From Bacteroidaceae bacterium (GTDB lineage Bacteria; Bacillota; Clostridia; Oscillospirales; Oscillospiraceae), in assembly GCA_963621955.1 (NCBI GenBank), contig CAVFGM010000017.1, positions 1-45,026 of the forward strand: a stretch of DNA of 45,026 nt, given 5' to 3'. Positions 8,993 through 16,344 of this stretch are shown piece by piece. The translations under genes and the position numbers were made by a program. A model generated the notes under the pieces. It had not been told where the DNA came from and ran no database searches. It saw only the letters and a list, made by a program, of their open reading frames with translations. How positions within the stretch are numbered: position 1 is the first letter of the stretch; each line of letters opens with the position of its first letter.

Positions 8993-10435
8993 ATGAACTA
9001 CAAGATGGTTGGCCGTGTGCTGGGTATGGTGCTGCTGTGCCTGGCCGGGCTGATGCTGGTGCCGCTGCTGGCAGGCATAATATACGGGGAGAACGTGCGC
9101 CCGTTCGTGCTGTGCATCGCGCTGAGCCTTGCGCTCGGGCTGACGCTTGCCTCGATAAAGCCCGACTCGACGGAGCTGTTCGCGCGCGACGGCTTTCTTG
9201 CCGTAGGCCTTGCGTGGATGCTCATGTCGCTCCTCGGCGCGCTGCCGTATATCCTGAGCGGGGACATACCGGATTTTGTCGATGCGCTGTTTGAGTCCGT
9301 GTCCGGCTTCTCGACGACCGGCGCTACGGTGCTGACCGACGTTGAGGCGCTCAGCCGGAGCTGCATGCTGTGGAGGCTGCTGTCCCAGTGGATAGGCGGC
9401 ATGGGTGTGCTGGTGTTCATGCTGGCGGTAATGCCGATGAGCGGGGAGCATTCGATGCACATCGTGCGTGCGGAGTTCCCGGGGCCGACGGTCGGCAAGC
9501 TTGTCCCGCGCGTGCGCGAGACGGCGAAGATACTCTACCTCATTTATATCGGCATGACGCTTCTGGAGTTCGTGCTGCTGGCCTGCGGCGGGATGAGCAT
9601 ATATGAAGCGCTCGGCCACGCCTTTGCCTCTGCCGGTACCGGCGGCTTCTCGACGCGCAATGCGAGCCTCGGCGAGTTCAACAGCCTGTATATCGAGGTC
9701 GTCGCCACGGTGTTTGAGCTGCTCTTCAGCGTGAACTTCTATATTTATTACTGCATCCTCACCGGCAGAGCCAAGTCTGCGCTCAAAAATGAGGAGCTGC
9801 ACTGCTTTGTCGGCATTGTCCTCTTTGCGGTCGTGACCATTGCGATAAACCTCTATTCGCGCGGCTATTACGGCAGCATCGCAACGGCGCTGCATCAGGC
9901 CTTCTTCAATGTCTCCATGAGCATAAGCACCTCGAGCTTTGCGACCGTCGACTATACTCTCTGGCCGCAGTATTCCAAGTGGATGCTGCTCATGCTGATG
10001 CTGATAGGCGGCTGCGCGGGCAGCACCTGCGGCGGGCTCAAGCTCTCAAGGGTGATGATCCTTGTGAAAACGGCGCTCTCCGACCTGCGGCGCATGGCGC
10101 ATCCGCGCAGCGTGAACCCCGTGCAGATAGACGGCAAGCGCGTCGCACCCGAGACGGTAAAGGCCGTGCACACCTATTTTGTCCTGTACATATTCATCAT
10201 CCTCGGCTGCACGCTGCTTATCTCGCTCGACGGCTTTGACACCGCAACGAACTTTTCTGCGGCGCTGGCCTGCCTTTCAAATATCGGCCCCGGCATCGGC
10301 GTCAACGGACCGTACGGAAATTACAGCATGTTTTCCGACCTGTCAAAGCTGCTGCTGTCCTTCGTGATGCTCCTGGGCAGACTGGAGCTCTATCCGATAC
10401 TCGTCATGCTTATGCCCTCAACGTGGAGGAGATAA
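8993..10435 (+). CDS. trkH: TrkH paralogue (copy 2) with a non-canonical third P-loop
   Basis: 480 aa, colinear with copy 1 and more than half identical by eye. P-loops are GFSTTGAT, GTGGFS, STSSFATVD (Gly replaced by Ser at 9935-9937) and SNIGPGIG. Confidence 0.85.
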   Translation: MNYKMVGRVLGMVLLCLAGLMLVPLLAGIIYGENVRPFVLCIALSLALGLTLASIKPDSTELFARDGFLAVGLAWMLMSLLGALPYILSGDIPDFVDALFESVSGFSTTGATVLTDVEALSRSCMLWRLLSQWIGGMGVLVFMLAVMPMSGEHSMHIVRAEFPGPTVGKLVPRVRETAKILYLIYIGMTLLEFVLLACGGMSIYEALGHAFASAGTGGFSTRNASLGEFNSLYIEVVATVFELLFSVNFYIYYCILTGRAKSALKNEELHCFVGIVLFAVVTIAINLYSRGYYGSIATALHQAFFNVSMSISTSSFATVDYTLWPQYSKWMLLMLMLIGGCAGSTCGGLKLSRVMILVKTALSDLRRMAHPRSVNPVQIDGKRVAPETVKAVHTYFVLYIFIILGCTLLISLDGFDTATNFSAALACLSNIGPGIGVNGPYGNYSMFSDLSKLLLSFVMLLGRLELYPILVMLMPSTWRR

Positions 10436-10448
10436 GGCGCACATGAAT

Positions 10449-10486
10449 AAAAAAGACCTCGTACCCGATCGGTACGAGGTCTTTTT
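10449..10486. terminator. bidirectional intrinsic terminator between convergent trkH2 and acpP
   Basis: 12-bp perfect stem AGACCTCGTACC / GGTACGAGGTCT (10454-10465 / 10471-10482), flanked by an A-run and a T-run. Confidence 0.8.
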
Positions 10487-10507
10487 ATAGATTTAGGTCA
10501 GCTTCGA

Positions 10508-10735
10508 TTACTGGAGCTTTTCCAGATACTCAACGATGCGGCGCACAGTGTCGAGCTGGGCTGCGTCGTCGTCGGAGATGGATATGCCGAACATATCCTC
10601 AAGGGACATGATGAGCTCGACGATGTCGAGGGAGTCAGCTCCCAGATCGTCTACGATGCTGGTGTCCATGGTGATGGTCTCGGGGTCGATCTCAAACTGC
10701 TTTGCGAGGGCATCTCTTACATTTTCGAATATCAT
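10508..10735 (-). CDS. acpP: acyl carrier protein
   Basis: 75 aa. [20 protein letters not shown] contains the phosphopantetheine-Ser DSL motif. GGAGGT RBS upstream. Confidence 0.85.
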   Translation of the reverse strand: MIFENVRDALAKQFEIDPETITMDTSIVDDLGADSLDIVELIMSLEDMFGISISDDDAAQLDTVRRIVEYLEKLQ

Positions 10736-10785
10736 TTACAATTACCTCCGATGTGCCGGGCACATAAAGTTATTAAATGAAGTGA

Positions 10786-11544
10786 TCAGGCCCACTCTCT
10801 GCTCTGGGGCTTGTTGTCAGATTTGTCGGGCTTAACGTAGGACACGACCACGCGGCGGTTAGGCTCAACTCCGGTGGAGCTTGTGGTGACGCCCTCGTAA
10901 TTCTGCAGTGCGGTGTGGATGACATGGCGCTCGTAGGAGTTCATCGGCTCAAGAGCCATGCTGCGCTTGTACTTGATCGCTTTCTCAGCCATCTTCTCGG
11001 CAAGGCGTGTGAGGGATTCCTCACGCTTGCTGCGGTAGCACTCTGCGTCAACGCTGATGTGCAGGCGCTTCTCGCTCCCGCGGTTGACGACGTAGTTGGT
11101 CAGGTGCTGGATGGCGTCGAGCGTTTCGCCGCGGCGGCCGATTATCGCGCCCATGCCGCTGCCGCTGAGGTTCACGTTCACGCCGCCGTTCTCGCGGGGA
11201 CTGATCTCGATATCGGCAGTGACGCCCATGCGTTCAAGCAGACCCGTGAGGAACCTGCGGATCTCGGCGTAGTCCTCGTTCTCGTCGACGACGGCTGCGG
11301 GAGCTGCCTTTGCGGGCGCAGCGGGAACCTCCGCCTTGGGAGCGGCTGCGGGAGCTGCGGGCTCATCCTCGGCCTCGTAGCTGACGCGGATGACGGCGGG
11401 GGAGGCACCTATGCCCAGAAAACCGGACTTGGCTCTCTCCACGATCTCCACGGAAACATCGTCCCTGTCCAGACCCAGCTCAGCAAGGGCGGCGGCAATG
11501 GCCTCGTCCTCGGTGCGGGCGGACTTTTCCAAAGTTTTGATCAT
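10786..11544 (-). CDS. jag: Jag/KhpB (SpoIIIJ-associated) RNA-binding protein with Jag_N, KH and R3H domains
   Basis: 252 aa with an N-terminal EDEAIAAALAELG...VEIVE, an Ala/Pro-rich linker and a C-terminal R3H (MNSYERHVIHTAL). It sits in the canonical position downstream of yidC. Confidence 0.85.
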   Translation of the reverse strand: MIKTLEKSARTEDEAIAAALAELGLDRDDVSVEIVERAKSGFLGIGASPAVIRVSYEAEDEPAAPAAAPKAEVPAAPAKAAPAAVVDENEDYAEIRRFLTGLLERMGVTADIEISPRENGGVNVNLSGSGMGAIIGRRGETLDAIQHLTNYVVNRGSEKRLHISVDAECYRSKREESLTRLAEKMAEKAIKYKRSMALEPMNSYERHVIHTALQNYEGVTTSSTGVEPNRRVVVSYVKPDKSDNKPQSREWA

Positions 11545-11565
11545 ATTGTTAAATTCTCCTGTAAG

Positions 11566-12975
11566 TCATTCCTCGGTCTTGGCGGAGTCATCCTCCGCTG
11601 CGCCCTCGGATACCTCTTCGCCTGCGGCGTCTGTGGGTGCTTCCACGGCTTCGGCAGTCTCTTCGGCTGCGGTCTCCTCAGCTGCGGTCTCTTCGACTGC
11701 TGCGGGGATATCGTCGGGGATGGTCTCGTCTATTGCCGGGGCGAATTCGGACTCGGTAGCGGCGGCGAGCGTCTGCTCCTCGGCTGCCTCGGGATTGGAA
11801 TAACGATCGGGCACGTAGGCACGGCCGCGTGCGTAGCGGCGGTTGCCGACCTGCGATGCGGGTATCTCGGCCTCCTGAATGCCGAGACGCTCACGCCTTG
11901 CGGCGCGCTCGGCTCTCTCAAGAGCGGCCTTGCGCTCCTCGTTCTTCTGCTTCTCGCTTGCGCGAAGATTCTTCTTGCTGGTGTTGGCGTTGACCTCGGT
12001 CTTGCCCTCGGCTCTGAGGCGCTCGGTCTCAAGGCGCTTTGCCTCAAGCTCCTTCTCGCGCTCGGCACGGACAGCGGCCTTCTCGGCGTCCTCGATGTCA
12101 AGCTGCTTCTTGTACTTCATGGTGAGCACATAGTCGCGGATCATGCCGAAGACGGAGTTCGCGATCCAGTAAATGCCCATTGCGGCGGGCATGATGAAGC
12201 AGATCCAGACGGACATGAGGGGCATCATAATGTTCATGCTCTTCATGGAAGCCGCGGCCTGCGCATCGTTCACGGGGTTTGCCATGTTGCTGATTTTCAT
12301 CGAGAGCCACGAGAGACTGGCGGAGATGAACGGGATCAGGAACAGGCCGAGTGCCGGCCCCCAGACGGAGGGATCGCTCCAGTCGGTGTGGGTGAAGAAG
12401 TTCCACTCAGGCTGCTGGCCGAGATTGATGCCGAGGAAGGTAAAGTCGATGTTCATCAGGCCGTCGATCTTCCCGGCGAGTGCGGTCTGCACCTCGTCCC
12501 AATGGGTGTGGGCGATCTCGGCGAGCTTTATCTCGACATAGCCGTCGGCCTTCTCAGGGATGATGTACCAGCCCTGAGTAACAAAGAAGTCCTGCAGGGT
12601 GTCAACGACTTCCTGCGTGACGAACATCATCCTCGTCAAGGGACGGCGGATGACGCTGTAGAGTGCGATAAGGATGGGGAACGGGATCAGGGACCAGAGG
12701 CAGCCGGACATGGGGTTGACGCCCTCTTCGCTGTACAGCTTCTGCATTTCGGCATTGAGCTTCTGGGGGTTGCCCTCGTGCCGCTTCTGAAGCTCCTGGA
12801 TCCTGGGCTGCAGGCGCGTGGAACGCATCATGCTCTTCTTGCTCTTCGCCATGAAAGGCGTCATGAGGAGGTTTACAAGAAGCGCGAAGAACACGACGGC
12901 GAGGCCGTAGCTGCCGGTAAGCTCATAGAATTTGACCAGCGGCCAGGCAAAGATCTTGCAAATAAATTCGCCCAT
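11566..12975 (-). CDS. yidC: YidC/Oxa1-family membrane protein insertase with a long charged C-terminal tail
   Basis: 469 aa. Insertase core blocks are present (LQPRIQELQKRH, MQKLYSEEGVNPMSGC, MPAAMGIYWIANSVFGMIRDY). Canonical rnpA-yidD-yidC synteny. Confidence 0.9.
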   Translation of the reverse strand: MGEFICKIFAWPLVKFYELTGSYGLAVVFFALLVNLLMTPFMAKSKKSMMRSTRLQPRIQELQKRHEGNPQKLNAEMQKLYSEEGVNPMSGCLWSLIPFPILIALYSVIRRPLTRMMFVTQEVVDTLQDFFVTQGWYIIPEKADGYVEIKLAEIAHTHWDEVQTALAGKIDGLMNIDFTFLGINLGQQPEWNFFTHTDWSDPSVWGPALGLFLIPFISASLSWLSMKISNMANPVNDAQAAASMKSMNIMMPLMSVWICFIMPAAMGIYWIANSVFGMIRDYVLTMKYKKQLDIEDAEKAAVRAEREKELEAKRLETERLRAEGKTEVNANTSKKNLRASEKQKNEERKAALERAERAARRERLGIQEAEIPASQVGNRRYARGRAYVPDRYSNPEAAEEQTLAAATESEFAPAIDETIPDDIPAAVEETAAEETAAEETAEAVEAPTDAAGEEVSEGAAEDDSAKTEE

Positions 12976-13020
12976 GGGAATCTCCTTGTTGTTTCTTTAA
13001 GTGTGGCGGATATTGCGGTG

Positions 13021-13239
13021 CTATGGTACGGGGTCATAGATGCCGCGCCGCCCGTGATAAAACGGATGGCAGCAGCAGATACGCCGGAGCGCGAGCACGC
13101 CGCCCTTGAGGGCGCCGTACTTCTCAATGGCCTCCATGGCGTATTGGGAGCAGGTCGGAATAAAGCGGCAGCAGGGGGGACGGTTCGGAGATATCCTCTT
13201 CCTGTAGAAGCGGATGGCGGCAAGCATAAGCTTTTTCAT
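13021..13239 (-). CDS. yidD: membrane protein insertion efficiency factor YidD
   Basis: [42 protein letters not shown] carries the YidD signature. Start taken at the internal ATG (13237-13239), which overlaps the rnpA stop. The track ORF extends to 13323. Confidence 0.85.
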   Translation of the reverse strand: MKKLMLAAIRFYRKRISPNRPPCCRFIPTCSQYAMEAIEKYGALKGGVLALRRICCCHPFYHGRRGIYDPVP

Positions 13240-13583
13240 TCCGCCGTCTCCTTCATCAGGCCGAGCTTTTCGCACGCAGTGAGAAAGGCTCTGTCCATTT
13301 TGGCATACTCCGCGCCGACGCATCTTGTGCGCGCGACGATGATGATGTCGTAGCCCGTTTTCAGGGCAGGGGCATTGAGCCGGTAGATCTCCCGGAGCCT
13401 GCGGCGCACCCTGTTGCGGACGACGGCGTGCCCGAGCTTTGTGGACACGGTGTAGCCCGTGCGGTTGTGTGCCTCGCGGCTGCGGCGGCAGTACACCACC
13501 ATATAAGGCGTGACCGCGCTTTTGCCTTTGGAGTAGAGCCGGCGGAAATCACTGTTCTTTTTTAGCGTGCATCTGGCGTCCAA
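13236..13583 (-). CDS. rnpA: ribonuclease P protein component
   Basis: 115 aa. [11 protein letters not shown] ... [19 protein letters not shown] (RNR motif). Downstream of rpmH. Confidence 0.9.
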   Translation of the reverse strand: MDARCTLKKNSDFRRLYSKGKSAVTPYMVVYCRRSREAHNRTGYTVSTKLGHAVVRNRVRRRLREIYRLNAPALKTGYDIIIVARTRCVGAEYAKMDRAFLTACEKLGLMKETAE

Positions 13584-13689
13584 AAGTCGCTCTCCTGCCT
13601 GTCTGCCCGGTTATCCGGACAAACACCTAAAGGGCGGATCACTCCGCCCTAAAAATTATTCTCGATAAACCTGCTTCACCGGGGGTGTC

Positions 13690-13824
13690 TCAGTAGCTGA
13701 GCTTTGCTCTGCCCTTTGCTCTGCGGCGGGCAAGAACCTTACGGCCGTTAGCGGTCTTCATTCTCTTGCGGAAGCCGTGCTCCTTCTTGCGCTGGATCTT
13801 CTTGGGCTGGTAGGTACGAAGCAT
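13690..13824 (-). CDS. rpmH: 50S ribosomal protein L34
   Basis: [44 protein letters not shown] (44 aa) from the internal ATG 13822-13824. AAAGGAGTG RBS. The track ORF N-terminal extension is rejected. Confidence 0.95.
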   Translation of the reverse strand: MLRTYQPKKIQRKKEHGFRKRMKTANGRKVLARRRAKGRAKLSY

Positions 13825-13887
13825 GATGTGCACTCCTTTCAGGTTGATACTCAACATCGGGCGAAGCCCGAAGTAGTTGATAAAAGT

Positions 13888-13919
13888 AACCACTCGGCGG
13901 ACAGTGCCGCCGAGTGGTT
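13888..13919 (-). terminator. perfect 13-bp hairpin between thiN and rpmH (thiN terminator and/or rpmH 5' leader structure)
   Basis: AACCACTCGGCGG-6 nt-CCGCCGAGTGGTT. On the minus strand it is followed by ACTTTTAT. A TTGACA (13944-13949) / TATAAT (13920-13925) promoter-like pair lies just upstream on the minus strand. Confidence 0.5.
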
Positions 13920-13945
13920 ATTATATACTAAATTATCTCAGCCTG

Positions 13946-14593
13946 TCAACAGAAAGTTTTCGCCGCTGAGTCGCTTCCCGGCATGCGGCACAGCAGCACC
14001 GCCATTATGCCGCTCTCAAGGCTTATATGTGCTTCGCCGCGCCACTCGTTGCTTGTGCCGATGGGGAAGCGGTTTGTTATCGTCGCGTGCTCGACCGGGT
14101 ACTTGACGCCCGTGATGCTCACGCCCGTGCACCTGTCCGAGAGCGACAGCACCGACAGCGAGCAGCCCGCGCGCGCCGGGATGCGGACGCTCCCGCCGGA
14201 GAAGATGTACGCCTCGCAGCCGCGGCTGAACAGCTGCACCGGCACTCCGCGCTCCGCCGCGTAGGACGCGGCCTGGAGGTTTGCCAGCAGGTGGTCGAGC
14301 CGCCCGCCGAGTGCGCAGTAAAGGCTGATGCGCGTAAAGCCCAGCTCGAGCGCGCGGCGTACCGCGTGCATCGTGTCCGTGTCGTCCTTTTCCCGCGGCA
14401 GGCGTTCGACCGCCGCGCCCTCGGGGAGCTTGCCCGTGTAGGAGTCAAAATCGCCGAGCAGCAGGTCGGGGACAATGCCGCTGCGCTTTGCGTAGCTGTA
14501 CCCGCGGTCGCAGGCGATGATGTACTCCGCCGCCTTTATATCGTCCATCGGCGAATATTCGCCGCCGGAAATTATCGCGCACAGACCCTTCAT
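13946..14593 (-). CDS. thiN: thiamine pyrophosphokinase
   Basis: MKGLCAIISGGEY ... LLLGDFDSY ... KDDTDT ... GGRLDHLLANL. TPK catalytic and B1-binding layout. Start at 14591-14593 with an AAGGAGGGA RBS. Confidence 0.8.
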   Translation of the reverse strand: MKGLCAIISGGEYSPMDDIKAAEYIIACDRGYSYAKRSGIVPDLLLGDFDSYTGKLPEGAAVERLPREKDDTDTMHAVRRALELGFTRISLYCALGGRLDHLLANLQAASYAAERGVPVQLFSRGCEAYIFSGGSVRIPARAGCSLSVLSLSDRCTGVSITGVKYPVEHATITNRFPIGTSNEWRGEAHISLESGIMAVLLCRMPGSDSAAKTFC

Positions 14594-14619
14594 GCGGGCT
14601 CCCTCCTTGCTTTGGACAT

Positions 14620-14680
14620 AAAAATTTACCGGCCATATAATATCCATTGAGGATATTATAGCACATCACGGCCGGTAAAT
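14620..14680 (-). terminator. long hairpin + T-run after thiT (intrinsic terminator)
   Basis: 11-bp inverted repeat ATTTACCGGCC (14624-14634) / GGCCGGTAAAT (14670-14680). It encloses a second 10-bp pair TATAATATCC / GGATATTATA. On the minus strand it is followed by TTTTAT. Confidence 0.55.
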
Positions 14681-14698
14681 GTAGAGATAAGCGGTATT

Positions 14699-15271
14699 TT
14701 ATTTGCTCAGCGCTTCGATGTCCTCGCCGCGGATGTATTTGCCGATCAGCGTGTAGGCGAGCCAGCCGAGCAGCAGGCAGAAGATCATGTCGATGAGCAT
14801 GTAGCTGCCGTTATAGAGCGCGGAGTAGAACCACGGCGTTGTCATCGTCATGCCGAAGAAAGTGTCCGGCATATATTCGCCCCATACCGTTGCGCCGACG
14901 ACATAGTGCACGAGGAAGCGTGCCGCGCAGCCGACAGCGGTGCCGATAAGCAGGCCGTATTTGTTCTTGTGGAAAAGTCCTGCGAGGCCGAGCACGGAGT
15001 AGGCGATGATATAGTCGCCGAGGACGGACTGCCAGCCGATGGCAAAGCCGCCGTCGAACATCAGCTGCAGGAAGCTGTATACGATGCTTGCGAGCATGCC
15101 GGGTCCGAAGCCCCAGCGCGCGCAGTAGATGAATATCGGCAGCATGCCTATGCCGACCGAGCCGCCCTGCGGCAGCTCAAAGAGCTTGACGTAGCTGAGC
15201 ACCTGTGCCAGCGCTACCATGACTGCGCCCTCGCACAGGGCGCGGAGCTTGAGATGACTTTTGCTTTTCAT
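14699..15271 (-). CDS. thiT: thiamine transporter ThiT (ECF-type S component)
   Basis: 190-aa, 6-TM protein from ATG 15269-15271 (GGAGGAAAG RBS). Directly downstream of a TPP riboswitch. The sequence pattern (LPQGGSVGIGMLPIF...) fits ThiT. Confidence 0.8.
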   Translation of the reverse strand: MKSKSHLKLRALCEGAVMVALAQVLSYVKLFELPQGGSVGIGMLPIFIYCARWGFGPGMLASIVYSFLQLMFDGGFAIGWQSVLGDYIIAYSVLGLAGLFHKNKYGLLIGTAVGCAARFLVHYVVGATVWGEYMPDTFFGMTMTTPWFYSALYNGSYMLIDMIFCLLLGWLAYTLIGKYIRGEDIEALSK

Positions 15272-15310
15272 TTTTCTTTCCTCCAATTCTTCCATCGGAA
15301 GCAGGGACGT

Positions 15311-15455
15311 AAAAAAGCCGCGGGACATTTATCCTGCGGCTTTGGAGAGCATCTCTGTTTCCTACGCCGGCATTACCCGGATCAGGTTCATGGGTTTTGA
15401 GATTCATGTTTATCTCATCTCAGCCGGGCCTACCCAGCTCCCCGTGTTCAATTGC
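15311..15455 (-). promoter_or_regulatory. TPP (THI-box) riboswitch with terminator expression platform
   Basis: The minus strand reads cacGGGGAGCtgggtaggcccgGCTGAGAtgagataaacatgaatctcaaaACCCatGAACCTGATCCGGGTAATGCCGGCGTAGGAAAcag (aptamer, about 15358-15447). This matches the THI element consensus. It is followed by the hairpin AAAGCCGCAGG...CCCGCGGC plus T6 (15311-15343), about 40 nt before the thiT ATG. Confidence 0.9.
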
Positions 15456-15461
15456 ACGCTT

Positions 15462-15490
15462 AGAATACTACTCCGCGTGTCCTGTGTCAA
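15462..15490 (-). promoter_or_regulatory. candidate promoter driving the TPP riboswitch/thiT
   Basis: On the minus strand: TTGACA (complement of 15485-15490), 17-nt spacer, TATTCT (15462-15467). The spacer contains the stop codon of the upstream small ORF. Confidence 0.55.
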
Positions 15491-15659
15491 TAGAAAGTTT
15501 CGATGGGAGCGGTTCAATGAACCGTCGTTCCTTTCCGACATGCTCTTCTTCCTGCGCGGCAAGTTTGCTTTCTTCTTTTGATGCGTGTTCATCAACAATG
15601 CAGGAACCGAAGAGCGTCACCACGATGGTAACAATAACGACTGCCCAAAGTTTTCTCAT
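15468..15659 (-). CDS. small secreted/lipoprotein-like hypothetical protein
   Basis: 63 aa. MRKLWAVVIVTIVVTLFGSC looks like a signal peptide ending in a lipobox-like FGSC, followed by a charged tail. GGAGGTG RBS 4 nt upstream of the ATG. Located in the AT-richer patch. Confidence 0.45.
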   Translation of the reverse strand: MRKLWAVVIVTIVVTLFGSCIVDEHASKEESKLAAQEEEHVGKERRFIEPLPSKLSIDTGHAE

Positions 15660-15769
15660 GCCGCACCTCCGACTTGACTATATAAAAATAGTTAATAATT
15701 AACTACATAATCCTAATATATTAAAGCCTAAAATGTCAAGCTAAAATGGCATTAAAGGAAGTGAGCGAT

Positions 15770-15964
15770 ATGGCAGATGAGATCAAAATAACGAAGAAAG
15801 CCCATAAACGGGGCGATGATGGATATAAGATAGTGTCCGTGCGGATGAAAGAAGAACTGTTGGGCAAGCTGGATGAGCTGTCGGCAAAGACCAATCGCTC
15901 AAGAAATGAGCTGATAAATATTCTTCTCAACTCGGCTATCGACAATGTCAAGGTCGAGGACTGA
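15770..15964 (+). CDS. ribbon-helix-helix (CopG/Arc/MetJ-type) DNA-binding protein, orphan
   Basis: KIVSVRMKEELLGKLDELSAKTNRSRNELINILLNSAI is a beta-strand plus two-helix RHH pattern. Start taken at ATG 15770 (AAAGGAAG RBS at 15754-15761); the track ORF starts at 15746. Confidence 0.65.
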   Translation: MADEIKITKKAHKRGDDGYKIVSVRMKEELLGKLDELSAKTNRSRNELINILLNSAIDNVKVED

Positions 15965-16054
15965 ATAACGGACAAAGCTGTTCTTTATGAGGGCTTTCAG
16001 AAGTGCTCAACTGCTGGTCACTCCGTGGGCATACTTTCTGTGTGAACAGAAACG

Positions 16055-16330
16055 GCCATCAGTAAACAAGGGAGAACACGCCTGACAGCACGTCTTTGCG
16101 GTGCTTTTTGCCCTTTTCGCCTTGGCGGGCGTCAGCCCGCCTGCGTCTCAAAAAGCAAAAAGCACTCGAAAATCCATTGCTGTCAGGTGCGCAGCAGTTT
16201 TGCCGGAACAGAAATGCGTTCAGACAATGAAAAGTCCGCAGGCAATACTTTGTGTATTGGCAAGGCCTTTGAAGAAGTATAGGCGCATTTCTGCCCGTCA
16301 AAACCGTGTTTTCCCTTGTCTACTGATGGC
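16055..16330 (+). repeat. 276-nt nested inverted-repeat element (MITE-like or structured ncRNA, three-way-junction shape)
   Basis: Outer 25-nt arms 16056-16080 / 16305-16329 pair with 1 mismatch and 1 G-U. Inner hairpin A: 16081-16090/16178-16187, 16101-16111/16155-16165 and 16124-16130/16135-16141. Inner hairpin B: 16209-16218/16284-16293 and 16243-16248/16254-16259. No credible ORF. Confidence 0.5.
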
Positions 16331-16344
16331 GTGCAAAGAATCAC

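Noticed and set aside
7293-9895. 236-aa and 322-aa minus-strand ORFs opposite the two trkH genes
   Set aside because: The translations are rich in R/H/Q/A and implausible. The opposite strand encodes conserved polytopic TrkH proteins.
11651-11695. Short tandem repeats as a possible CRISPR or VNTR locus
   Set aside because: They are in-frame 15-nt coding repeats (AAEET) inside the yidC tail, with no spacers. No CRISPR-like repeat-spacer array exists in the window.
10915-13353. 812-aa plus-strand ORF spanning the jag, yidC, yidD and rnpA region
   Set aside because: It is antisense to four recognisable conserved genes. Its translation is low-complexity and rich in G/L/A/V/D, with no recognisable motif and no RBS. 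This is the typical long shadow ORF of high-GC DNA.
13584-13949. Replication origin (oriC) next to rpmH
   Set aside because: No dnaA gene is adjacent, and there is no cluster of TTATCCACA-like boxes (one 7/9 match at 13611-13619). The intergenic regions are short (about 105 and about 120 nt) and are occupied by hairpins and a promoter.
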